Shown here one piece after another: positions 1-9,116 of a stretch of DNA of 64,000 nt (its first letter is position 1; every line of letters starts with the position of its first letter). Made by a program: the position numbers and the translations under genes. The notes under the pieces are model-generated. The model worked only from the letters and a program-made list of their open reading frames with translations. It searched no databases and was not told the DNA's origin. The stretch spans positions 1,120,001 to 1,184,000 of the forward strand of contig OY970280.1 of the NCBI GenBank assembly GCA_963715865.1, read 5' to 3'. The stretch comes from Candidatus Bathyarchaeota archaeon. Its GTDB lineage: Archaea; Thermoproteota; Bathyarchaeia; Bathyarchaeales; Bathycorpusculaceae.

Positions 1-184
1 CGCAATGAAAGAAGAGAAAGGCCAAAATCTTTCCACAAGATTTATATTTGTAGTTACAATTTTCTTTTCCTATTATTTTTGTTATAAAATCTTTTAAGTA
101 AGTTCGTAACAACTGGGGTTCTGTTGGGCGAGAGCATTTACGCTTCTTGCTCAATGCAAAATAAAAATTAGAAGGAAAAGAAAA

Positions 185-2779
185 ATGCAAAATAAGAAAA
201 CTCTGATTGCTTTGATTTTAGTGGTAATTCTAACAACTCCAATGATGATGCAATTAGGCCAAGTATTTGCTCAAACGACATTGAATGTCCCAGACTATCT
301 ATATGTCAATGCATCACCTAATCCCGTAGGCGTCGGCCAAACCGTATACGTTAGCCTCTTCTTCTCTAAACCTATACCCATAATCAACGGTACCAGTTTC
401 TTCTTGGCGGCAACCCAGTACATAGGTTTAAAAATTAACATTGTCAAGCCAGATGGAACTAATGAGACTCTCGGACCATATACATCTGATACAACAGGCG
501 GTGTAGGTGCAGTAGAATTCGTGCCCGCTGCGGTCGGGAACTATACCTTCCAAGGTATATTTCCTGGACAATCATTAGGGACGGACCCTACTGGTACGAC
601 CTATAATATGGACCCAGCTATTAGCCCTGCAGTTAAACTAGTTGTGCAGCAGGAACCGGTAACGACATATTCTAGTCCTCCGCTTCCAACAGAATACTGG
701 ACACGCCCATTATACGCATCAAACTATGGATGGCCGCAAACGATTGGTGGAAACTGGTATGGCTTAGGAAGACCCGGATTCGACAATACTGGCGGATATG
801 ATGGTTCTGGAAACAACTTCCAACCATACAGCACTGCACCAACTACTGCTCACGTACTTTGGACTAAACTGACAACAACAGGGGGTCAACCTGGCGGGGA
901 AACTCCCGCTAACGAAATGAGCGCTTACACGGCATCTTCCCCACTATACCACTTCTTTGAACCGATAATTCTCAACGGAATACTATACTACAATTGGTAC
1001 GCAGCTCAAACCGATGTGGCTGGCATTGCTGCAGTGAATCTCCGCACAGGACAAACACTGTGGGTTCAGAATACTACTGACATATTAATTTACGGTCAAG
1101 TGATAACATACCACACAGTTGAGGAATTCGGCTCTCAAGCATTTCTATGGACATCGCATTTAGCCGGCTATGGCGCTCCCGGGATGTTTGGCCCCACTGC
1201 CCTCTACGATTATAACATACTGGATCCAGTGACTGGAAATCAGATGGCCACCGTAACCGATATTCCTAGCAGTATAGCTAATCTCTTCGGAACATCACCA
1301 AATGCACTTATAGATTCGAATGAAAGCAACTGCGCAGGATCAATACTAATCTGCTATGTCGACTACAGCAATAATCTCGTAATGTGGAACTCATCCCTAT
1401 GTCTTGCTGGTCCAATGGCAAGCGGTGGATTAGCAGAAATTTTCACAGGTAATTTTAAGCCAACAGGCTCCTACAACTTTACACAGGGCATAGAATGGTC
1501 AGTACCGCTTCCAACTGCAAATCCAGCATTTGGCATCGCTAAAGAAACTAACCAAGCAATACTCTTGAGTTCACACCCAGCTGTCCTTTCGACGTTTGCC
1601 AACCAGTTTGGCGCTTCTTACGCTACAGATGTAGCGTACAATCCTATTACGGGAGCATTATTATGGGGACCAAAAAACCAGACGTTGACGAATTTTGATG
1701 ACATAGGAATAGTAGCTGCAGGCGACGGCGTATACGTGAGACATGACAAAGACACAAATCAAGTATATGGTTATTCAATGACAACTGGTCAGCAACTCTG
1801 GGGACCAACTCAACTTGTAGGAAACGCTTTGAGTACTATCTATAGTGATGCTGCTATCGCTTACGGTCGATGCTACATCTGGGACATGGGTGGTTACGCG
1901 AACGCTGTTGATCTTGCAACCGGAAAACTTGACTGGACCTTCACCCGCGGATCCGCCGGATATAACACACCATACGGTATATATCCTAACTGGGTCTTCG
2001 GTGTGGGAACCCTTGCTGACGGCATGCTATTCCTTTCTGAAGGTCGTTGCTATGATCCACCGCTGTTTCCAGGCGGAGAGAAACTTGCGATAAACTGCAC
2101 TGATGGCTCGCTTGTCTGGGAAATAAGCGGCGCTTTCCAGAGATCTCCATCTCCTGTTGCGGACAGCGAAATGCTTGGATGGAACGGTTATGACGGTCAA
2201 ATATACGCCTTCGGCACTGGACCAACCAAAACTACTGTCACCGCACCTGACGTTGGCGTAACAACCGCAACACCAGTGACGATAACGGGCACAGTAACGG
2301 ATATCTCTGCTGGCGCATCGCAAGAAGCAGTTGCAGCGAACTTCCCCAACGGGTTGCCTTGCGTATCTGACGCTAGCATGACTCCGTTTATGGAAGCCGT
2401 TTACGAGCAGCAACCAATGCCGACCAACGATACGGGAATCCCAGTGACAGTAGCTGTTACGGACTCTAACGGCAACTGTTACGACATAGGCACTGTCACA
2501 ACCAGCCCAACCGGCACCTTCGGCCTAACATGGACACCTATTATCTCAGGCAACTTTACAGTTACTGCAACTTTCGCGGGCACACAATCATACTATGGAT
2601 CTTCAGCTACAGCATACTTCTATGCCAGCGCAGTAGCACCAACAGCTGCACCAACCGCTACACCTCAATCAAACCTTGCAACCACAGCAGACCTAATGAC
2701 GTACATGGTCGCTGTAGCAATCGCTATAATCATTGCAATAGCCATAGTCGGATTCCTCATACTCAGGAAACACCCATAA
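185..2779 (+). CDS. Secreted PQQ-like beta-propeller repeat protein with C-terminal membrane anchor (cell-surface protein)
   Basis: 864-aa ORF. N-terminal signal peptide, repeated 'G..LW' propeller motifs (TGQTLW, TGALLW, TGQQLW, TGKLDW, DGSLVW), Ig-like C-terminal region, P/T/A linker, TM helix and basic tail (LRKHP). Confidence 0.85.
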   Translation: MQNKKTLIALILVVILTTPMMMQLGQVFAQTTLNVPDYLYVNASPNPVGVGQTVYVSLFFSKPIPIINGTSFFLAATQYIGLKINIVKPDGTNETLGPYTSDTTGGVGAVEFVPAAVGNYTFQGIFPGQSLGTDPTGTTYNMDPAISPAVKLVVQQEPVTTYSSPPLPTEYWTRPLYASNYGWPQTIGGNWYGLGRPGFDNTGGYDGSGNNFQPYSTAPTTAHVLWTKLTTTGGQPGGETPANEMSAYTASSPLYHFFEPIILNGILYYNWYAAQTDVAGIAAVNLRTGQTLWVQNTTDILIYGQVITYHTVEEFGSQAFLWTSHLAGYGAPGMFGPTALYDYNILDPVTGNQMATVTDIPSSIANLFGTSPNALIDSNESNCAGSILICYVDYSNNLVMWNSSLCLAGPMASGGLAEIFTGNFKPTGSYNFTQGIEWSVPLPTANPAFGIAKETNQAILLSSHPAVLSTFANQFGASYATDVAYNPITGALLWGPKNQTLTNFDDIGIVAAGDGVYVRHDKDTNQVYGYSMTTGQQLWGPTQLVGNALSTIYSDAAIAYGRCYIWDMGGYANAVDLATGKLDWTFTRGSAGYNTPYGIYPNWVFGVGTLADGMLFLSEGRCYDPPLFPGGEKLAINCTDGSLVWEISGAFQRSPSPVADSEMLGWNGYDGQIYAFGTGPTKTTVTAPDVGVTTATPVTITGTVTDISAGASQEAVAANFPNGLPCVSDASMTPFMEAVYEQQPMPTNDTGIPVTVAVTDSNGNCYDIGTVTTSPTGTFGLTWTPIISGNFTVTATFAGTQSYYGSSATAYFYASAVAPTAAPTATPQSNLATTADLMTYMVAVAIAIIIAIAIVGFLILRKHP

Positions 2780-3070
2780 AAACAGCACAACCAAAAAATT
2801 CACTTTCCCCTTTTTTAGTCTCAAAAAGCAATGGAGAAAAGATACAGGGCTGAGAAGGCTCTGGTAAAATTTACCATACAATCGTGATTAGCATTTGCAT
2901 TCTTTTCTTCTCCTTAAAGAGTGTTCCAGAGCCCCAGCAAACCCCACGTAAAAGTCAATTATGTAACTAGATTTTCACTTTCACTTACCTCTCTACTGCT
3001 TAGCTGAGTCGTTTGTTCACTTTCCTTTTAAGCAATCTGAGCCATATGCATGAGCCCCAAGTGAACGCGT

Positions 3071-3298
3071 ATGAAAAAGAAATTAGCTGTTTTAGCCACA
3101 GAGGAAGATCTCTTAGTAGATTTGACTTTTCATGGCGTTCCAGCTTTGCTCATTAGCGACTTTGCGGAAAAAATCGTTAGACCTTACTTCAACGGCAACT
3201 TGAACGCTGCCATCCAAGACCTAATCCACAAAGCACTCGCAGAACAAGGCTTCGTCTTATCCCACATAACGCATGCCCGAAATTCTGTGGAGGCTTAG
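3071..3298 (+). CDS. Small hypothetical protein
   Basis: 75-aa ORF with ATG, filling an otherwise empty gap, with protein-like composition; no family recognised. Confidence 0.6.
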   Translation: MKKKLAVLATEEDLLVDLTFHGVPALLISDFAEKIVRPYFNGNLNAAIQDLIHKALAEQGFVLSHITHARNSVEA

Positions 3299-3382
3299 AA
3301 GATGGGCAAATGTATTCGAAAAATTTGCTCTCTTCCAACACTTTTATGCTAATCTAATCATATTATACAGTGGTGGCTCTTC

Positions 3383-3991
3383 ATGAACGTGAAGGAAGCC
3401 TTATCTAAGCTACAAAGTTACTCGAAGGAGCTTGGCCTCGACTTAACTAAAGCCGAGGATAGGTTCAAATGGTTCTTGGCTTCGATACTTTTTGCCAAAA
3501 GAATCTCAGCTGAAACTGCCAAAGAGACTTATCTGTATTTTGAACAGGAGGATTTGACGAGCCCGGACGCCATATTGGAAGCTGGGTGGGACCGCTTGGT
3601 GGAAGTTCTTGACTCTGGGGGTTACACTAGATACGACTTCTCCACAGCCACAAACCTTCTGGGAATCGCAAAAATGCTGAAAGAAAAGTACGGCGACCTT
3701 GAACACCTTCATGCAGAATCTAGCAGCCCCGCAGACTTGGAGAATCGCCTGCAAGAGTTCAAAGGTGTTGGCCCTGTAGGTGTAAACATATTCCTAAGGG
3801 AACTGCGGGGAATCTGGGAAAAAGCAAAACCCAAGCCTTCTCCCTTAGCAGTTGCAACCGCACAGAAAATTGGTCTTAACCGAGAAGATGTGGAACGCTA
3901 CGAATCTCAACTCGTTCGATTAAACCTTGAGTACTGCAAGAAACACCGAAGCTCAGAATGCCCGCTTAAAGAGGAATGCCCAGATAAGTAG
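3383..3991 (+). CDS. HhH-GPD superfamily (endonuclease III-like) protein
   Basis: HhH motif EFKGVGPVGVNIFL, N-terminal 'FKWFLASILF' helix, C-terminal Cys cluster CKKHRSSECPLKEEC. Confidence 0.75.
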   Translation: MNVKEALSKLQSYSKELGLDLTKAEDRFKWFLASILFAKRISAETAKETYLYFEQEDLTSPDAILEAGWDRLVEVLDSGGYTRYDFSTATNLLGIAKMLKEKYGDLEHLHAESSSPADLENRLQEFKGVGPVGVNIFLRELRGIWEKAKPKPSPLAVATAQKIGLNREDVERYESQLVRLNLEYCKKHRSSECPLKEECPDK

Positions 3992-4057
3992 GCACTCAAT
4001 AGCGATTTACACTGGGGCACCAATCCAATTTAGCACTAACTTGCGTTTTCATTTATT

Positions 4058-5410
4058 ATGTCCAGATTTGGAAAAGTCTTATTAGATCAGATTTTTCACT
4101 CTAGACCAATGAAATTCAAGCAATTGACAGTTCTGCTTATTCTTCTGTTGATTTTACCACTTTTCCTAAACTACGGTTTGCCGACCAAAGCGGTCACAAC
4201 ACAAACTTCACCAAGTCTATACGTTGGCGTTGATGTTGCCTACGAAAGCATAGCTGCAACTGAACAATTAATTGATAACATTAGTTCTTACACTAATTTC
4301 TTTGTAATTGGATGCACTGGAAACTATAATGAAACCAGACTTACTATCATCAGCCAATACGTCTATGACAAGGGCTTGACCTTCATAGTTTACTCCGATA
4401 TACCTAGGTATCCCTCGAGACAATGGCTTGAAGATGCCAAGAACAATTGGGGTAACAGTTTTCTGGGAATTTATTACTATGATGAAGAAGGTGGAAAGCA
4501 ACTTGACCAGTCCAATTACCCGTTTGTCACAGCGGCAGTTAACTATAGTGACGCGGCGGAGAGCTACGTTAATACCATGAATTGGCGGCTACGCAGCGGA
4601 CCGTATGCAATTACCAAGAATTTTGCTTACCCAACAGAATATCAATTGTTCACCTCAGACTATGCGCTTTACTGGTATGATTATGAGGCAGGGTATGATA
4701 CGGTTTTCGCGGAGTTTGGCATGAATTACAGCCGACAACTGAATGTTGCTCTCTGCAGAGGTGCAGCCACTGTTCAAAACAAGGATTGGGGTGTCATGAT
4801 AGATTGGACGTACACCCAGCCGCCCTATATTGAGTCAGGTCCAGAACTTTATAACGACATGGTGCTGGCATATGAAAATGGCGCAAAATACATCATCGTG
4901 TTTGACAGCAACAAAAATTGGACTCAAAACATTCTACAGCAAGGACATCTTGATGCTATGAAGCAGTTCTGGCAGTATGCCCAAGCCAACCCCAGAACCA
5001 TCAGCCCAGTAAGCGACAGAACAGCATATGTTCTTCCTGAGGATTATGCCTACGGTTTTCGCGGACCAAAAGACAAAATCTGGGGACTATGGACAAATGA
5101 TTCACTTACCCTTGACATCAGCATGAGCGTAGCCACACTCTTCCAAATGAGCGGCAACAACCTAGACATAGTTTACCCAGATGGACCGCAAACGATAGAA
5201 TCTGTAGGATACCGCAGCATCATCTACTGGAACGACACAAGACTTATACCCAATATGCCCACCATGCAATCCCCAAGCCCTATCCTACCTACGCCATCAC
5301 CTCACCCTCAACAAGACCCTTCCTTGCTGTTTTATGCGATTGCAACATGCATCCTAGTTACTGTTGCGGTTGCTACCGCAGTTTTAGAGGTTCGAAGAAG
5401 ACGCCGATAA
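4058..5410 (+). CDS. Secreted, membrane-anchored hypothetical protein (possible glycoside-hydrolase-like barrel)
   Basis: Signal peptide (probable start MKFKQLTVLL...), Tyr/Trp-rich body with YYDEEGG motif, Pro-rich linker, C-terminal TM helix and RRRRR tail. Confidence 0.7.
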   Translation: MSRFGKVLLDQIFHSRPMKFKQLTVLLILLLILPLFLNYGLPTKAVTTQTSPSLYVGVDVAYESIAATEQLIDNISSYTNFFVIGCTGNYNETRLTIISQYVYDKGLTFIVYSDIPRYPSRQWLEDAKNNWGNSFLGIYYYDEEGGKQLDQSNYPFVTAAVNYSDAAESYVNTMNWRLRSGPYAITKNFAYPTEYQLFTSDYALYWYDYEAGYDTVFAEFGMNYSRQLNVALCRGAATVQNKDWGVMIDWTYTQPPYIESGPELYNDMVLAYENGAKYIIVFDSNKNWTQNILQQGHLDAMKQFWQYAQANPRTISPVSDRTAYVLPEDYAYGFRGPKDKIWGLWTNDSLTLDISMSVATLFQMSGNNLDIVYPDGPQTIESVGYRSIIYWNDTRLIPNMPTMQSPSPILPTPSPHPQQDPSLLFYAIATCILVTVAVATAVLEVRRRRR

Positions 5411-5512
5411 TCTGCATATTTTTAAGCGAAGGCAGATGTTTTCAGATAGATAATTTAAATAGGGCACATCTTTAAAATTAATCTTGGAAAATGCCCAGTA
5501 AGCTGAGAACGT

Positions 5513-6211
5513 ATGAGCAGGAAAACAATTTACTTCCAGCATAGCTTTCTATTCTTCGCATTCCTACTGGTCTTATTGTTTGTTGTTGTTGCGCTAGTTT
5601 TTGTTGGGGTCATAAGCATTGCCTTCGCAGATGTCGGCTTCACTCCTGTTATTATCTTGCTGATTTTGGTCGGAACCTTGATTGGAAGTTTTATCAACAT
5701 TCCATTGCTGAAACTGAGAACCGCCATGCCCGTTGTACATGAAGATTATGTCAGCTGGTTCGGCATGACCTATCGAATTCCCCATGTGGAGTACGGAGAA
5801 GCCATCACAGTGGTCGCAGTTAACGTTGGAGGCGCCCTGATACCAACCGCTGTGAGCATTTACCTGCTCAGCAAATCCCCGCTCTCAACGATTTTTCTCA
5901 GCTTCATAGGCGTCTTAGCCGTTGCACTGGTAACCCACGCCGTAGCCAGACCCGTAAAAGGCGTAGGAATAGCCACCCCAGCGTTCATCCCTCCAATAGC
6001 CGCAGCAGTAGCTGCAATCATCCTTTTGCCATCGCAACCGCGAACAATCGCATACGTCGCGGGCACACTTGGAACGCTCATAGGCGCTGACCTATTGAAC
6101 CTTCGGAAGATTCCCAAGCTCGGCGCGCCAGTTGCCAGCATAGGCGGAGCAGGCACCTTCGACGGCGTATTCTTAAGCGGCATAATCGCAGTGTTGTTGG
6201 CTGGACTGTAA
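5513..6211 (+). CDS. DUF1614 family membrane protein
   Basis: Motifs GSFINIP, AVNVGGALIP, GTLGTLIGADLLNL and SIGGAGTFDGVFLSGI are characteristic of DUF1614. Confidence 0.9.
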   Translation: MSRKTIYFQHSFLFFAFLLVLLFVVVALVFVGVISIAFADVGFTPVIILLILVGTLIGSFINIPLLKLRTAMPVVHEDYVSWFGMTYRIPHVEYGEAITVVAVNVGGALIPTAVSIYLLSKSPLSTIFLSFIGVLAVALVTHAVARPVKGVGIATPAFIPPIAAAVAAIILLPSQPRTIAYVAGTLGTLIGADLLNLRKIPKLGAPVASIGGAGTFDGVFLSGIIAVLLAGL

Positions 6212-6358
6212 AATAAAAACAGGGATTTTTTTTTTAACGGGAAACTTGAAAACTTTAGCTGAAATTCATAAGTAATAAAAACGGACCTTCCAAATTTCTA
6301 TCTGCGTCAGCTTAACCAAGGACGATAATCAGAATAACTAATAGTTGAGGAATAACAT

Positions 6359-6604
6359 ATGGGCAACGGGGCGTTTGGTGGATATCTCTCGTTATTTGGC
6401 TTTGTTCTTTTAGTCATAGGTATCTTAGTAGCTTATTCATCAGTGGGCATGGTTCAGCAGAATTCTTTTAGTTCAGATTATTCAACGCTCTCAGATGCGT
6501 CTTTAATACTATTTATAGGCGCTATGGTTGGAGTAGTTGGAGCAGTGCTCTTATTAATTGGGTTTCTTTCACCAAAACGTGAACTGAGACACCTATACTA
6601 TTAG
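6359..6604 (+). CDS. Small membrane protein (2 TM)
   Basis: 81-aa ORF with two hydrophobic helices, preceded by GAGG SD-like sequence. Confidence 0.65.
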   Translation: MGNGAFGGYLSLFGFVLLVIGILVAYSSVGMVQQNSFSSDYSTLSDASLILFIGAMVGVVGAVLLLIGFLSPKRELRHLYY

Positions 6605-6730
6605 CGCTATGAGCGCGGTTTCTTCCTTTTTTTGTTGACTCAGCGTTGTTATTAGTTACTGAGTTTGAATCTTTATTCTGAATTATCAAAGTTTATTTTG
6701 CTATTTATAGAGAAGTAATCAGGTGCAAAG

Positions 6731-6937
6731 TTGGCAACTTCAAAAGGCAAACGCAAACGCAATAGAACCATGATAATTATGCTTCTTCCAGCACTCATCG
6801 TCATATTTATTATTGGATGGTTCATGTACTGGATGGGCGACCAAAAAAGAAGTGACAAGATACAGCGTAAACAACCCAAAAAAGACTACGTAACCATTAT
6901 GCCCATAGTTTTTGAAGAACCACAAGAAAATGCATAA
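6731..6937 (+). CDS. Small single-TM protein
   Basis: 68 aa, basic N-terminus then TM helix; TTG start after GGTG. Confidence 0.6.
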   Translation: MATSKGKRKRNRTMIIMLLPALIVIFIIGWFMYWMGDQKRSDKIQRKQPKKDYVTIMPIVFEEPQENA

Positions 6938-7056
6938 TGCAAAATGCAACAGCTTTTTTTCAATCATTTGCCACTTTTAAGCTAAATTATGCGTAAAGGG
7001 TGGTAAAGAGTTATTGGTAAAGGATAAGGCTGTTTTAACCTTATTTGGGGAAAATA

Positions 7057-7133
7057 TGGCGCCGCCGAAAGGATTCGAACCTTTGACCGACTGGTTAACA
7101 GCCAGCCGCTCTACCGGGCTGAGCCACGGCGGC
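7057..7133 (-). tRNA. tRNA-Asn (GTT), 3' CCA genome-encoded
   Basis: Reverse complement GCCGCCGTGGCTCAGCCCGGTAGAGCGGCTGGCTGTTAACCAGTCGGTCAAAGGTTCGAATCCTTTCGGCGGCGCCA folds as a cloverleaf: acceptor stem GCCGCCG/CGGCGGC, GTTCGAA T-loop, GTT anticodon. Confidence 0.97.
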
Positions 7134-7201
7134 AAAGCACAATGCATATGCCACTGTGGAGTTTCACAAAAGTATTTAAGTTTAGTCTTCTCGAAAACCA
7201 G

Positions 7202-8665
7202 TTATTCTATCTGCCGCACTTTGGACTTTGCTATTGCCGAGAAGCCTTTGTAGAACTCTTTCATTATGCGCTGGTACCATTTGCCTGAGAATGACCAGTC
7301 AAGCAGATTATCAACCCAGCGAAAGTCATGTTCAGCGCATTGAATCAAAAGTTGTTTGTGAACTTCGCTTAGCTTTGTTTCTGTAAACCAGTCTTCACTT
7401 TTCAGTTTGCCCAATGGAACAAAGAATAATGGCACAATGAGACTTCGCATTTCCTTTAGGTCATCGACTAACTCCATTGTTTTAATAATGTCTGATTCTT
7501 GCTCCTCAGGTAGCCCAACAATCAACGTGCAGGCGGGAACAAGCTTGTTGTCATGCATTAAACCCATGCCACTGCAGACAACATCATGCCAATCTTCAGC
7601 TTTAAACGGGTGAGCTTTCGCAGGCATAATCTTCTTTGCTATTTCTGGAGAACCAGTTTCTATTCCTACTTCGGCTCCCCACCACGTTTGATTCTGAAGG
7701 ATAAGCTCAGATAATTTCGAGATAAGTTTGGGTTTTGATGCTACCGCAGCTAAGGAACAGTGGCTCCAACTTATACCTTTGCACCTTTTCGTTACTAATT
7801 CATGCAGTTGCACCAGTTTCTCGTCGTTAGGCGTTGTATTTTTCGAGCCGTAAAGCATGACATCTTCAGCGTGAATACATGCACCGGTGACTTTACCTGA
7901 ATAAAGATTAACGCTTAATTCACGATCAATTTTTTCAATCGGATACCATCGCAGAGGTCTTAAAGTAACATTGCAAAATTGGCAACCTCTGCAACAGCCT
8001 CTGCCAATCTCAATCAAACCGTTAATTGAAGGCTGAACAATGTCAGGGATTTCTTCTAAACTGGGTGCTTCATCAATTCCAACTTCATAATGGCTTGGGA
8101 TTTCTTCTCCTCCGATTGCTGCCCTGAAAAATTTCCCAATCACATTTTCTGCTTCTCCTTCAATGACGCAGTCAATGCCTAAATCCTTAACGGCTTTTTC
8201 TCGGTAACGAAACTGCCATGCCCCAGGTCCACCAACAATAACCTTTAACCCATTTTGTTTCGCTTTTTTAACGGTTTGGCTTTTTAGCAAAGCTTGAAAG
8301 TGCTTTGCAAGGTAGGGTTCCTTCTTGAAAATAGAAGCAAGAGTTGAAGAAGCTGGACCAAGCCCAAACGGATCCATAGTGTAAACGCCAAGAACTTTTG
8401 CGTCATTAAGATAGCTACGTAAATGGTTTGGACTTACTGTCTCAACTTTAAAGCCTTCTTTTAAAAGTTGAGCTTCAGTTTTTCTTAAGCCGTAAGGCGC
8501 AGTCCAAGGACGACCATTTCTTGTTTTTAATGGTGGAAAGAAAAGGTAGCTATAGAGCCATTCTGGAATAAAGTTTGGAGGAGCACACGTACCAAACCCG
8601 AGGAACTCGTTATTGTGGTAATTACTCATTAAGGTTCTGTCAGCAGTTAAAAGTACCTCTGCCAT
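7202..8665 (-). CDS. B12-binding-domain radical SAM protein
   Basis: CxxxCxxC motif (GRGCCRGCQFC), N-terminal cobalamin-binding-like region (VIVGGPGAW), ETGS motif. Confidence 0.88.
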   Translation of the reverse strand: MAEVLLTADRTLMSNYHNNEFLGFGTCAPPNFIPEWLYSYLFFPPLKTRNGRPWTAPYGLRKTEAQLLKEGFKVETVSPNHLRSYLNDAKVLGVYTMDPFGLGPASSTLASIFKKEPYLAKHFQALLKSQTVKKAKQNGLKVIVGGPGAWQFRYREKAVKDLGIDCVIEGEAENVIGKFFRAAIGGEEIPSHYEVGIDEAPSLEEIPDIVQPSINGLIEIGRGCCRGCQFCNVTLRPLRWYPIEKIDRELSVNLYSGKVTGACIHAEDVMLYGSKNTTPNDEKLVQLHELVTKRCKGISWSHCSLAAVASKPKLISKLSELILQNQTWWGAEVGIETGSPEIAKKIMPAKAHPFKAEDWHDVVCSGMGLMHDNKLVPACTLIVGLPEEQESDIIKTMELVDDLKEMRSLIVPLFFVPLGKLKSEDWFTETKLSEVHKQLLIQCAEHDFRWVDNLLDWSFSGKWYQRIMKEFYKGFSAIAKSKVRQIE

Positions 8666-8940
8666 AGCCCCGCCCCTTCACACCTTCATTTAAAATCATC
8701 TAAAGGTGCTACTTCTAGAAAGTGCGAGGCAGATATAACTTTATTGCTCGCTTGGTTAACATACTTTCAAACACTTTTTAGTTAACTAACCTGATTTAAC
8801 AATATTATAAGGATAAGTTTTGTCAACTTCAAAAAGCGCAACTTTTACATTAAAGTATGAAATTAATACTTTCTCTAGAAAAATGTATATCTGGCTTTAG
8901 TGGCGATTTCTCCCGCACGCTTACCTTCCCTTTTTCTTTT

Positions 8941-9075
8941 TTGTCTACAGCAGCCAAGAGGATTCTTATTGAAGCAGAAGGAAATTGAGGCGGCAGTAGT
9001 TTGCATGCGGATTTTCCTTGCTGAGTTGACGAGGCACTCTGCTTGATTAGAAAAAGCAGAAGACTTAGGCTATGG
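8941..9075 (+). pseudogene. Possible decayed receiver (REC) domain remnant
   Basis: Frame from 8941 reads LSTAAKRILIEAEGN*...*VDEALCLIRK. It resembles the adjacent kinase REC segment LEVSKQILEVENN...VEEAFKRM and has two in-frame stops. Confidence 0.3.
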
Positions 9076-9116
9076 ATTGACAAGAACGTATATTTTTAAT
9101 TCATAAGTGATTAATA

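Noticed and set aside
185-2779. PQQ-dependent dehydrogenase activity
   Set aside because: Only generic propeller repeats are visible. No pqq biosynthesis or cytochrome partners are nearby, and the organism appears anaerobic (POR, ADP-forming ACS).
3071-7133. tRNA-anchored integrated element downstream of tRNA-Asn
   Set aside because: No duplicate of the tRNA 3' end and no integrase were found next to it in this window.
7014-7253. 79-aa ORF
   Set aside because: It is antisense to tRNA-Asn and overlaps the radical SAM gene end; a shadow ORF.
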